Shown here in pieces: positions 48,007-56,819 of a stretch of DNA of 64,000 bases. Positions within the stretch are counted from its first letter, which is position 1. Every line of letters starts with the position of its first letter. The stretch is from Candidatus Aenigmatarchaeota archaeon. GTDB taxonomy: Archaea; Aenigmatarchaeota; Aenigmatarchaeia; Aenigmatarchaeales; JACQIB01. The position numbers were made by a program, and so were the translations under genes. The notes under the pieces are model-generated. The model did no database searches, was not told where the DNA came from, and saw only the letters and a program-made list of their open reading frames with translations. The stretch lies in assembly GCA_016198755.1 (NCBI GenBank), contig JACQIB010000002.1:1-64000 (forward strand), written 5' to 3'.

Positions 48007-49600
48007 CTTCTGAATTTATTTTGTATATTATAGTACCATCATTCTCAAAAACTTTTGTGAAGTTCTTTGAGCCCTCCAAATATACAACAAACTTAATTGG
48101 GTAAGCCTGTGAATAGTCCTGTAATTGTATGGAAAATTTCGCTACAAGAATATAATCTATTCCATGTTTTTTCAAAATTGGCAGAACAGTATCATCTTTT
48201 CCTGACAACAATATATCATTCAATTCAGGCATACTCCATATAGCTTTCCTTCCAGAAAGATAAACAGTATGAGCTGTCCAGAGTGATAGTATTGTAGAAT
48301 CTATTGGAGTGTTTTGTCTTATCCAGTCGTTTGACTTTTCAAAATCAGGTGAAAAGGTTTTTACACCCTGCATAACGAAAACTTTTCCTGGCATGTTTAC
48401 ACCAGGTCCCGGAGGCCATATTGCTTGCGGTATTAGGAAGACAACGAAAATAGCTATGATAAAAAGAATTCCTACTTTATAGGCTATATTTTCCTTACCT
48501 TCTAATTTGTACGCTAAAAATGCAGGAAGTATTGAAAGAGGAATAGCAACAGGCAACACATATCTTGCAACGTCCTCTGACCTACCTGTAGAATACTGAT
48601 AAAGTGTTAGAGTAACAAGGAAAAATAACGCTATAATCCACGGTCCTTTATCTTTCCTATAAAATAAGGCAGCTAAGAATCCTGATATAGCAAGGAAAAC
48701 TATAAAGAAATTTCCATATGCAAATTCCATAAAAGCAGGCACTCCAATATTAAGTACATTATTCTCTGATCCTACATTTGCTGTTCTTCCTGCAAATTCC
48801 AAACCAGTAGATGATTGTGTTGTTCCAACATTGCAGCCTGAGTTGTTGAAAAACCTGCCCAAGAACGGATAGTTATCGCATATTGGACTTCCATATAACA
48901 GAGAATTCCTTACCAGCCACGGAGAAGCTATTAAAATCATACAGATAAACAAAATACCGGCTTTTTTCAACCCTTCTTTTTTCAGACCATCTAAAGCAAA
49001 ATATACTATAAAAAACAGAGGCATTATAATACCGCTAATCTTTGTTATTATTGCAAGTCCGCTGAATATACCTGAAAATATAAGGAAAGCTGTTCTGCCT
49101 GTTTTTACATGTTTATAGAAAGCATACAAGGCTATTGTTAGAATCATTATAAACAGCGAGTCACTGTACGCCAAAACACTATGTGTTATTACAGTTGGCA
49201 GCAACAAGAAAATCAGCATCGATAATATTCCTGCTAATCCTGATACAAGATTCCTTACAAGTAGGTATATTGTAAACGCTGTTATAAGCGAGAATATAGG
49301 CAACAGAATTTTTAACAAAGATTCATTCCATCCAAATATATTGAGTCCTGCAAATAAAGTGTGATGTAACGGAGGCCTAAGGTAGCCCATTTTGCTGTAT
49401 TCAGTTTCATAAAATAACGGAGTCCATTTCGGCAATATTTTATTTTCTGATATCCACTTAGACATTTCAGCATGATATCCTTCATCCCCAAACAGTATAT
49501 TTCCACCTACAGAAGCTATAGAATAAACAAACAACCAAAAAACGAAAACTATTATTATAGCAGCAACGTCAGTTCCAAGCAAAACCTTATTTTCTCTCAT
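47999..49600 (-). CDS. GT-C fold (ArnT/PMT-like) membrane glycosyltransferase
   Basis: GDEGYH first loop, RPPL, PWLVRN; soluble C-terminal domain. Confidence 0.82.
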   Translation of the reverse strand: MRENKVLLGTDVAAIIIVFVFWLFVYSIASVGGNILFGDEGYHAEMSKWISENKILPKWTPLFYETEYSKMGYLRPPLHHTLFAGLNIFGWNESLLKILLPIFSLITAFTIYLLVRNLVSGLAGILSMLIFLLLPTVITHSVLAYSDSLFIMILTIALYAFYKHVKTGRTAFLIFSGIFSGLAIITKISGIIMPLFFIVYFALDGLKKEGLKKAGILFICMILIASPWLVRNSLLYGSPICDNYPFLGRFFNNSGCNVGTTQSSTGLEFAGRTANVGSENNVLNIGVPAFMEFAYGNFFIVFLAISGFLAALFYRKDKGPWIIALFFLVTLTLYQYSTGRSEDVARYVLPVAIPLSILPAFLAYKLEGKENIAYKVGILFIIAIFVVFLIPQAIWPPGPGVNMPGKVFVMQGVKTFSPDFEKSNDWIRQNTPIDSTILSLWTAHTVYLSGRKAIWSMPELNDILLSGKDDTVLPILKKHGIDYILVAKFSIQLQDYSQAYPIKFVVYLEGSKNFTKVFENDGTIIYKINSEGV

Positions 49601-50307
49601 CTACCCACCTTAAATAATCTTCTAATTATTTCCCCCTTATACTTAAAAGCGAAGTTCATATACCCACTTGCCAACCTTACAAAATTTGGTTTTCTGCCAG
49701 TTTCATAGCTGCAAGAAACAGGAACTGTGGCAATCCTGTAGTTATTATCTACACAAAGCCTCAAAATCTCAGGTTCTATCCCAAAATCCACCACATTCAA
49801 TTTTTTTCCAACAGATTTTATAACATCCCTTGAATAGGCTCTATATCCGGAAGATACATCAGCAAAGAACTGCCCTGTGACAAGAAGCACAACTATATTT
49901 ACAATAACATTAAAAAATACCCTTATAGGAGGGAATTTATCCACACCCCTTCTGCTGTACCTAGATCCTATAACAACATCAGAAGCTCCACTTTCAACCA
50001 ATTCTGACAGGGACTCTATCTGCGTCGGATCATGCTGCCCGTCAGCATCCAACGTTATTAAAACATCGCCAGAACCATTCAAAAATTCCTCTAATCCGAC
50101 TTTTGTCGCATACCCCTTCCCTCTGTTTGGCTGGTAACTTATAACTGTAATGTCCTTTCCCTTTAGTTTTTTTAGTTTATCATAGGTTTTATCTCTGCTG
50201 CCATCATCCACGACTATAACTCTTTCTACCTCTTTCTTCGTTTCTTTCACAACTCTTACTATGTTTTTTTCTTCGTTGTATGCGCAAATCAGTGCAACCC
50301 TTCTCAT
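49597..50307 (-). CDS. GT2 dolichol-phosphate glycosyltransferase (DPM1-like)
   Basis: AYNEE, VDDGSRD, NRGKG, DADGQH, IGSR. Confidence 0.9.
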   Translation of the reverse strand: MRRVALICAYNEEKNIVRVVKETKKEVERVIVVDDGSRDKTYDKLKKLKGKDITVISYQPNRGKGYATKVGLEEFLNGSGDVLITLDADGQHDPTQIESLSELVESGASDVVIGSRYSRRGVDKFPPIRVFFNVIVNIVVLLVTGQFFADVSSGYRAYSRDVIKSVGKKLNVVDFGIEPEILRLCVDNNYRIATVPVSCSYETGRKPNFVRLASGYMNFAFKYKGEIIRRLFKVGR

Positions 50308-50350
50308 GAAATCACACAGCTTTATATTGAAAGCAACCATTTATATACAG

Positions 50351-51298
50351 ATGCGGCCGAAAGTCTCCATACTCATAATAGCAAGGAATGAAGAGCATAA
50401 CATCCCTAAACTTTTTAAATCTTTAAAAAGGCTTCGGTATCCGCGGGACAGCTATGAAATAGTTCTTATAGATGATAAATCTACAGATAATACAGGAAAG
50501 GTTGCAAAATCATTTGGTGCAAGAGTTGTAAGGAATGAAAATTGGGCAGGGCGCGGCAGAGCCCGCAATATAGCCCTGAAAAACGCAAAATATGATCATG
50601 TAGCCTGGATAGATGCTGATTGTGAGATTGTAAATGAAAACTGGCTTAATGACATGATTCCATACCTCAAGGGCAAGGTTGTTGGTGTTGCAGGTACACA
50701 TGTATTTCCTTCACATGGAAATTCTGTACAAAAAGCAATATGGTTCCTGCCAGGCATGCACATGGAAACAGATAAGCCAAAAGAATTTTCCCGTGCACCA
50801 ACAACAAGCAGCTTATTCCTGAAAAAACCACTAATTGATGTCGGAATGTTCAATGAAAAACTTGTTACAGGAGAGGATCTTGAAATTTGCATGCGATTAA
50901 GGAAAAACGGATATAAATTTATGTTAATACCATCTGCAAAAATTATAATAGGATACAGGAAAACAGCTTTCAGGTATATGGAGCAACAAATTGAATATGG
51001 CAGCGAAGGTGCAAAGATTCTTGCAAAGTATCATGGACGGGGAAAAATATTGCTTTCTATTCCAGTCTTAATTTTACTTTTTGCAGCGGCCTACCTTTTC
51101 CCACTTCTAATACCCGTGTATTTAGCTTCTTTATTTCTTCTCCACTTCACTCTATTGGGTCCTGAGATTGCTGTTCGTACATGGATTAGGTCATTGAAAG
51201 CCGGAGGTGCAAACGTATGTCTTGCCAATTTCTGCCTAACATTCCTTAGAAACATTTCCATTATTTGCGGTTTTTTGCGCGGTATTCTCAGAACTTAA
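50351..51298 (+). CDS. GT2 glycosyltransferase
   Basis: ARNEE, IDDKSTD, IDADC, GEDLE. Confidence 0.88.
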   Translation: MRPKVSILIIARNEEHNIPKLFKSLKRLRYPRDSYEIVLIDDKSTDNTGKVAKSFGARVVRNENWAGRGRARNIALKNAKYDHVAWIDADCEIVNENWLNDMIPYLKGKVVGVAGTHVFPSHGNSVQKAIWFLPGMHMETDKPKEFSRAPTTSSLFLKKPLIDVGMFNEKLVTGEDLEICMRLRKNGYKFMLIPSAKIIIGYRKTAFRYMEQQIEYGSEGAKILAKYHGRGKILLSIPVLILLFAAAYLFPLLIPVYLASLFLLHFTLLGPEIAVRTWIRSLKAGGANVCLANFCLTFLRNISIICGFLRGILRT

Positions 51299-53438
51299 CT
51301 TCGTATATCTTTACTTGAGAATTTCTGAAAACAAGCTTAAACTTTTCTAATCCAAATCCATCCAAAAAGAACATTCTCGTGAACATGCTATCTTCCAATA
51401 TATCCGGAATCATGACTAAATAACCATAATTGTCTTCTGCCCAAATGGCTCTCGGAATAGTCTGATTTACAATATTTATACCAAGCTGCGAAGTTATAGG
51501 ACTGACAACCGGTATAAGATTTTTCAATTCCTCATCTTTTATAGAGAAATCTGTTAGTCCGGTATCATTCCTGTATATTACATGACTAAAGAAAACAGCA
51601 TTATTTCCTTCACGATAAAGAACCAAAGGCACAGAGCCATGAAGCACAATAATCTCTTTATTCGGAGTACCTGATGGTTCTGGTAAATCATATATTCTCA
51701 TTCCCATCTTACCATCTGCCGTATATTTCGCAGAAGTCTGTGGCACATACATATACATTTCGCACTTAGGATCACCAGTCCTACCATCACATCCTGTTCC
51801 AAAGTATTGCAGCCACTGAAACTTTTGTATTAAGTCATCTGATGCTATCCAATATGCTGTGTCAGATGTACCCTTATATTTTTTCAGTATATCTATAGCT
51901 TTGTTTTCATCTGTTTCAAGGAAAACCTTTCCAAGATCAGATATCCTCTGATTAATACCATACAAACAGCTTTCATTTCCACAGTGTGCACCATCAGCAA
52001 TAACCCTTCTTTCACCCAATCCAGTAATCATATGCCCAGGATCCCACCAAGTTCCAACCAATGCATTTTCAGGTGTTTTTTCTTTAAGAAACTTCCAAGC
52101 TGCATCCCAGTTACCACTGTGATCTGGTCCAAGTCCAATAGAAAGTTGCAATCCTATAAACATTGTTGTAGCAGCTAAAAATAAAACAAGACCACTGCAT
52201 AAAACTGCCATTAAAGTCCTTCCGGCATTTTCACTTCCTTTCTGCCTAGACCAAAAATAGTCTATTAAATATCCTGTACCTGCTGCTACAGTAATTAAAA
52301 TGAAAATAGATGAAAATTCTGTAAATCTTGCACCACGTGTTGTAGTGTAAATACCAACTGAAACCAATGTTATAAGGAAAGCAGAATTTACAAATTCTTT
52401 TCTTTTTATTGACATAACAAAAGAACCAGCAATAAAAATCAGCATAAGAATAAAAATAGTTATATCTATAATACCATCTCCAGTCACAACTCTACCAAAT
52501 GCTACCAGCCAGTTTCCGATTTCCATAAGATTGACATTCTGCAATTCTGCTATGGATATGTTTACTATGAGTGCTTCTGGTTTTTGTGCCCAGCCCAAGA
52601 GGCTGACAAAAGCCCCAATTATATCAACTTTGCTAATTATACCAAATATCAAAATAGAAGCAATTATAACAAGAATCGAAACTATGAGCATTGTAGTTTC
52701 TTTAACAGATCCTTGGATAGATTTGCCAAAAACACCGGAAATAAGTGAAATTATAAAGAAAACCGGTATAGCAATCGCTGCTATAAAAATAACGTAGAAG
52801 AATGTGGTCCACATTAGCATGAATCCTACGAATGATGCAGCAGCGAAACAATAGCTAAAAATTGTCTTCCTTTTCATCGCATAAATTACTGAAAATAATG
52901 TCAAAAGAATAAAGAAAACCACAAGTTGATCTGTATCATAGCTGCCTCCAAATGTTCTTATAAGTATTTGCGGTGCTGAACCTATCAAAGCCGCAGATAT
53001 TAATCCTCCATATTTGTTTGAAAGTTCTCTCCCAAGAAAGAAAGCAGGTATTACAATCGCAGCTCCATACAAAGCCGAAAGCAAACTTGCTGTTGATAAG
53101 AGCGTAAATCCAAAGTTTTTCAAAATCCAGTAAATCAGAGCAGAAAGATAGAACATTATCGGAGGTGCGCTGTTTATGGTTATTTCCCTTCCAGGAGTAT
53201 AAGTCAATTCATCCCACTTAGGCAGTTCCCCATAGTCTGCAACATATTTCGTATATCTATATTCAAATACCGGATCAAATGACAGCAATTTATTTGGGTC
53301 TAAGTTTGCAGCTCTTATAGAGTAAGAAAAGCAAATTATGAATAAAAGAGCTAAAATCCACCAATGTTGTTTGGCTAAATCAGCTAATCTATAAGCTACT
53401 TTAAGATAGTTTGAAACGGGTACTTCCGTGCCTTCCAT
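51288..53438 (-). CDS. aglB: Oligosaccharyltransferase AglB (STT3)
   Basis: FDP loop, YDTD, SIAE, WWDPG (variant of WWDYG), DLIQK. Confidence 0.93.
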   Translation of the reverse strand: MEGTEVPVSNYLKVAYRLADLAKQHWWILALLFIICFSYSIRAANLDPNKLLSFDPVFEYRYTKYVADYGELPKWDELTYTPGREITINSAPPIMFYLSALIYWILKNFGFTLLSTASLLSALYGAAIVIPAFFLGRELSNKYGGLISAALIGSAPQILIRTFGGSYDTDQLVVFFILLTLFSVIYAMKRKTIFSYCFAAASFVGFMLMWTTFFYVIFIAAIAIPVFFIISLISGVFGKSIQGSVKETTMLIVSILVIIASILIFGIISKVDIIGAFVSLLGWAQKPEALIVNISIAELQNVNLMEIGNWLVAFGRVVTGDGIIDITIFILMLIFIAGSFVMSIKRKEFVNSAFLITLVSVGIYTTTRGARFTEFSSIFILITVAAGTGYLIDYFWSRQKGSENAGRTLMAVLCSGLVLFLAATTMFIGLQLSIGLGPDHSGNWDAAWKFLKEKTPENALVGTWWDPGHMITGLGERRVIADGAHCGNESCLYGINQRISDLGKVFLETDENKAIDILKKYKGTSDTAYWIASDDLIQKFQWLQYFGTGCDGRTGDPKCEMYMYVPQTSAKYTADGKMGMRIYDLPEPSGTPNKEIIVLHGSVPLVLYREGNNAVFFSHVIYRNDTGLTDFSIKDEELKNLIPVVSPITSQLGINIVNQTIPRAIWAEDNYGYLVMIPDILEDSMFTRMFFLDGFGLEKFKLVFRNSQVKIYEVKF

Positions 53439-53470
53439 AAAACCAACAATTGTACCTCAGGCTTATAAGC

Positions 53471-53608
53471 CTACCAGTCATCCTCATCTTCGTCCTCATC
53501 CTCTTCCTCAGTGTCCAGATCCTTGGATGAGGAGCTAGTATCTATTTCCTGCTCTTCGTGCCCTTCTGCGTTTTCTTCTAGTAACTTTTTTACTGGACGT
53601 TTTTGCAT
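53471..53608 (-). CDS. Small acidic hypothetical protein (45 aa)
   Basis: ATG at 53608 preceded by GGGGTGA; D/E-rich tail ending EDEDDW. Confidence 0.55.
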   Translation of the reverse strand: MQKRPVKKLLEENAEGHEEQEIDTSSSSKDLDTEEEDEDEDEDDW

Positions 53609-53691
53609 AAATTCACCCCCGAATTCATTTCTTAGGCATACAATTAGTAAGTATTTAAACTTTTCCTTCCTCCGCATTTAAGGCACTATAA

Positions 53692-54960
53692 TTATATTTC
53701 TCCAATATCCCCGTTTTTTGGTGCTGCAGAATCAAATCCCATGCCATTTAGCTCTGCTGCAAAATTTTCACACTGATCTCCGTGCATAACAAAAATCTTT
53801 TCAGGTGTTACCTTTTTTATGAATTCTAACAACTCTCCTCTGTCAGCATGCGCTGAAAAATCCAAAAATTCTGTTTTCATTTTCACTTTCTGATCAAATC
53901 CATTCTGCACAAACCTTCCAGTATCCTGCAAAACCTTACCTGCGGTCTCCGGTATCTGAAAACCAACAAAAATCAATGAGCATTCCGGTCTGTTATAGAG
54001 TTTTTTAATGTAGCTGGCAGAAGGCCCCCCATCCACACATCCTCCAGTTGTTATTATGGCGCATGGTTTTTTCAATGCTTCAGCTCTTTCTTCTTCTGTA
54101 TACAAAGGATAAACATCTTCCAGAGCTTTCTTCAGTGCAGCAGGATCTCTTAAGAATTCAGGATATCTCAAAGCTATATCAGTTGCTTCCCTAGCCATAC
54201 CATCCAAATAAACAGGTATACTTCCAGCTATTCTGTCTAAAATCATTGCAACTTCAGCAGCTCTTCCAACAGCAAATGATGGAATTATAGCTATTCCCCC
54301 ATTGCCTATGGTATCTTCCACAGCTTCTATCAGCTTTCTTTCTGTTTCAGCCCTATCTGGATGCAGTCTGTTAGAATATGTTGATTCTGTAAAAAGCACA
54401 TCCACCTTTTCCAAATTTTCTATCCTTGCTCCAGCCAGTAGTTGTGTTGGTTTAAGTTTTAGATCTCCAGTGTATAATATATTCTTTTTAAACAACTTTA
54501 CTAAAAACATGCAAGATCCAGGTATATGTCCTGCATCTATAACATCCACAAGAGCCTTTCCAACTTCAAACTGCTGTCCATAAGTTACTCTATGCTGGTT
54601 CATTTTCATCAGTTCAAGCTGTTTATCCCCAAAAAGCGGGCTTTTCCCATTGGCTTTTGCAACTTTTATGCTATCCTTTAAAATCAATTCCCCCAAATCA
54701 AATGTGGAAACAGTTGAAAATATGCTTGGAGTTCCAGAGAAAAAGAGTGATGGAACAGAACCTATATGGTCCAAGTGTGCATGTGAAACAAACACTGATT
54801 TTGGCTGTACTTTTATAGGTGGTGTCCCCTCTTCCACATTTAGTCCATAATCAAAAACTATTTCCTCTCCATTAGGGTCAATCAAAACTCCATTTCTTCC
54901 AACTTCCCCAAAACCACCCAAAGCCTTGAATTTCATACCTTTCAGTTCTATTTCCTTCAA
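53692..54960 (-). CDS. MBL-fold beta-CASP ribonuclease (aCPSF2-like)
   Basis: SHAHLDH, AGHIPGS, YTGD, ESTY, FSAHAD, MHGD. Confidence 0.9.
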   Translation of the reverse strand: MKEIELKGMKFKALGGFGEVGRNGVLIDPNGEEIVFDYGLNVEEGTPPIKVQPKSVFVSHAHLDHIGSVPSLFFSGTPSIFSTVSTFDLGELILKDSIKVAKANGKSPLFGDKQLELMKMNQHRVTYGQQFEVGKALVDVIDAGHIPGSCMFLVKLFKKNILYTGDLKLKPTQLLAGARIENLEKVDVLFTESTYSNRLHPDRAETERKLIEAVEDTIGNGGIAIIPSFAVGRAAEVAMILDRIAGSIPVYLDGMAREATDIALRYPEFLRDPAALKKALEDVYPLYTEEERAEALKKPCAIITTGGCVDGGPSASYIKKLYNRPECSLIFVGFQIPETAGKVLQDTGRFVQNGFDQKVKMKTEFLDFSAHADRGELLEFIKKVTPEKIFVMHGDQCENFAAELNGMGFDSAAPKNGDIGEI

Positions 54961-55027
54961 TAAATACTCTATACAGACCTGACTGGAAGGCTTTTTAACT
55001 TAAAAACAGAATCTGTTTCGTGATGAA

Positions 55028-56116
55028 ATGGACATAGAAAGGAGAATAGAGCTTATAACAAGAGCTCCAGTAGAGGAGGTTGTAACAATAGAAGAGCTGC
55101 GCGAGCTTTTACAGACCAAGGAACATCCATCTGCTTATGACGGATTCGAGCCCTCAGGTATAGCTCACTTGGGCTCAGGATTATTGAGGGCAATAAAGAT
55201 AGCCGACCTGCTCGAGGCAGGCGTAAAGTTCAAACTTTTTGTTGCTGATTGGCATGCTTGGTGCAACAATAAATTAGGAGGTTCTCTGGAAAATATACAA
55301 ACAGCCGGAAAATACCTTATAGAAGCCTGGAGAGCTTGTGGTGTAGATACAAAGAAAGTTGAAGTTGTTTGGGCAAGCGATGTTGTAAAAGATCCCGAAT
55401 ACTGGAAGACTGTACTAGCTTTTTCCAAGGCTTCTACAGTGGACAGGATAAAAAGATGCAGCACTATAATAGGAAGACGGGAGGGTGAGATGCAGTACAT
55501 GTCCATGTTTATTTACCCGTTAATGCAGGCTGTGGATCCATTTTTCCTTAAAACAGAGATATGCCAGCTTGGTATGGACCAAAGAAGAGTATACATGTTG
55601 TCAAGAGAACTGGGTCCAAAGCTTGGTTACAATAAACCCATAGTAATAAGCCATCATTTAATGATAGGATTACAGGGACCCTCAAAAATGGGCGGTTTTG
55701 ATACAAACAAAGCTGTTGACGAGGAAATAGCAAGCAAAATGAGCAAATCTATTCCAAATACAGCAATTTTTATCCATGACTCTCCGGAAGAAATAAAGAA
55801 AAAAATATCAGAAGCTTTCTGCCCTGCAAAACAAACAGAAGAAAATCCCATCCTTGAAATATGCAAGTACATTGTTTTCAGGAAACAGAAGTCCCTAAAT
55901 ATAGACAGACCAGCAAAGTTTGGAGGTCCACTTGAATTTAGCGGTTATGAGGAGCTTGAAAAAGCCTTCCGTGAAGGTTTACATCCTGCAGACTTGAAAA
56001 CTGCAGTTTCCGATTCTATAATAAAAATACTTGAACCTGTAAGAAAACACTTTGAAAAGGATAAAACAGCTAAAAAACTGCTGGAACAGGTAAAAGGATT
56101 CTCAGTAACGCGCTAA
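55028..56116 (+). CDS. tyrS: Tyrosyl-tRNA synthetase
   Basis: YDGFEPSG, HLGS, YPLMQAVD, GMDQ, KMSKS. Confidence 0.96.
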   Translation: MDIERRIELITRAPVEEVVTIEELRELLQTKEHPSAYDGFEPSGIAHLGSGLLRAIKIADLLEAGVKFKLFVADWHAWCNNKLGGSLENIQTAGKYLIEAWRACGVDTKKVEVVWASDVVKDPEYWKTVLAFSKASTVDRIKRCSTIIGRREGEMQYMSMFIYPLMQAVDPFFLKTEICQLGMDQRRVYMLSRELGPKLGYNKPIVISHHLMIGLQGPSKMGGFDTNKAVDEEIASKMSKSIPNTAIFIHDSPEEIKKKISEAFCPAKQTEENPILEICKYIVFRKQKSLNIDRPAKFGGPLEFSGYEELEKAFREGLHPADLKTAVSDSIIKILEPVRKHFEKDKTAKKLLEQVKGFSVTR

Positions 56117-56745
56117 GCCTTTCCAACCTTTAAAATAAACTGGTATGCAAGCAGGCTTGGCCAGATTTTTGTTATAAAATAAATAGCAGGTTTCCATGGT
56201 GTATAATCTTCTTTCAGTACTTTGAAACCAGAGTTCTCCAGTAGTTTCCTTGCGGTTTTCAATGTAAAAAACCTCAGGTGACCAGAATCCATTATTCCAG
56301 TTTCAGTATAGTCCCACTTTCCAAAAAGGTGCTTTAATCTCATAGTCCAATACCCGATATTAGGCAGGCTTACAACAATATATCCCTCAGGCTTCAAAAA
56401 CCCAGAAAGCTTTTTCAAAGTTATATCAGGTTCTTTCATATGCTCAAGCACATCAGCCAGAACAATAACATCAAACGATGCCTTCCCCATAGGCAGCTTT
56501 TCCATATCTTCTATATCCCCTCCAATAACCTCTATCCCAGCTTTCCTAGCAACTTCAGCTGCTTCATTTTCAATTTCAATTCCTACAACAGAGCATCCAT
56601 GTTCTTTCATTTTAGAAGAAAGATAGCCTGTTGCACAGCCAATTTCCAGCACCTTTTTATTGTTTCCGACAAGTTCTAGGACTTTTTCATGTGCTCCATG
56701 CTTTGTGCCGCTATATTTTGTATACTTTAAAACCATTGAAACCAA
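56113..56745 (-). CDS. Class I SAM-dependent methyltransferase
   Basis: VLEIGCATG; ADVLEH; GHLRFFT. Confidence 0.88.
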   Translation of the reverse strand: MVSMVLKYTKYSGTKHGAHEKVLELVGNNKKVLEIGCATGYLSSKMKEHGCSVVGIEIENEAAEVARKAGIEVIGGDIEDMEKLPMGKASFDVIVLADVLEHMKEPDITLKKLSGFLKPEGYIVVSLPNIGYWTMRLKHLFGKWDYTETGIMDSGHLRFFTLKTARKLLENSGFKVLKEDYTPWKPAIYFITKIWPSLLAYQFILKVGKA

Positions 56746-56819
56746 TTAATAAGAGATACGAAAGCCTTTAAATACTATGCCTATATTATATCCATCCGAG
56801 CATTCTAAGCGGTGAAATT

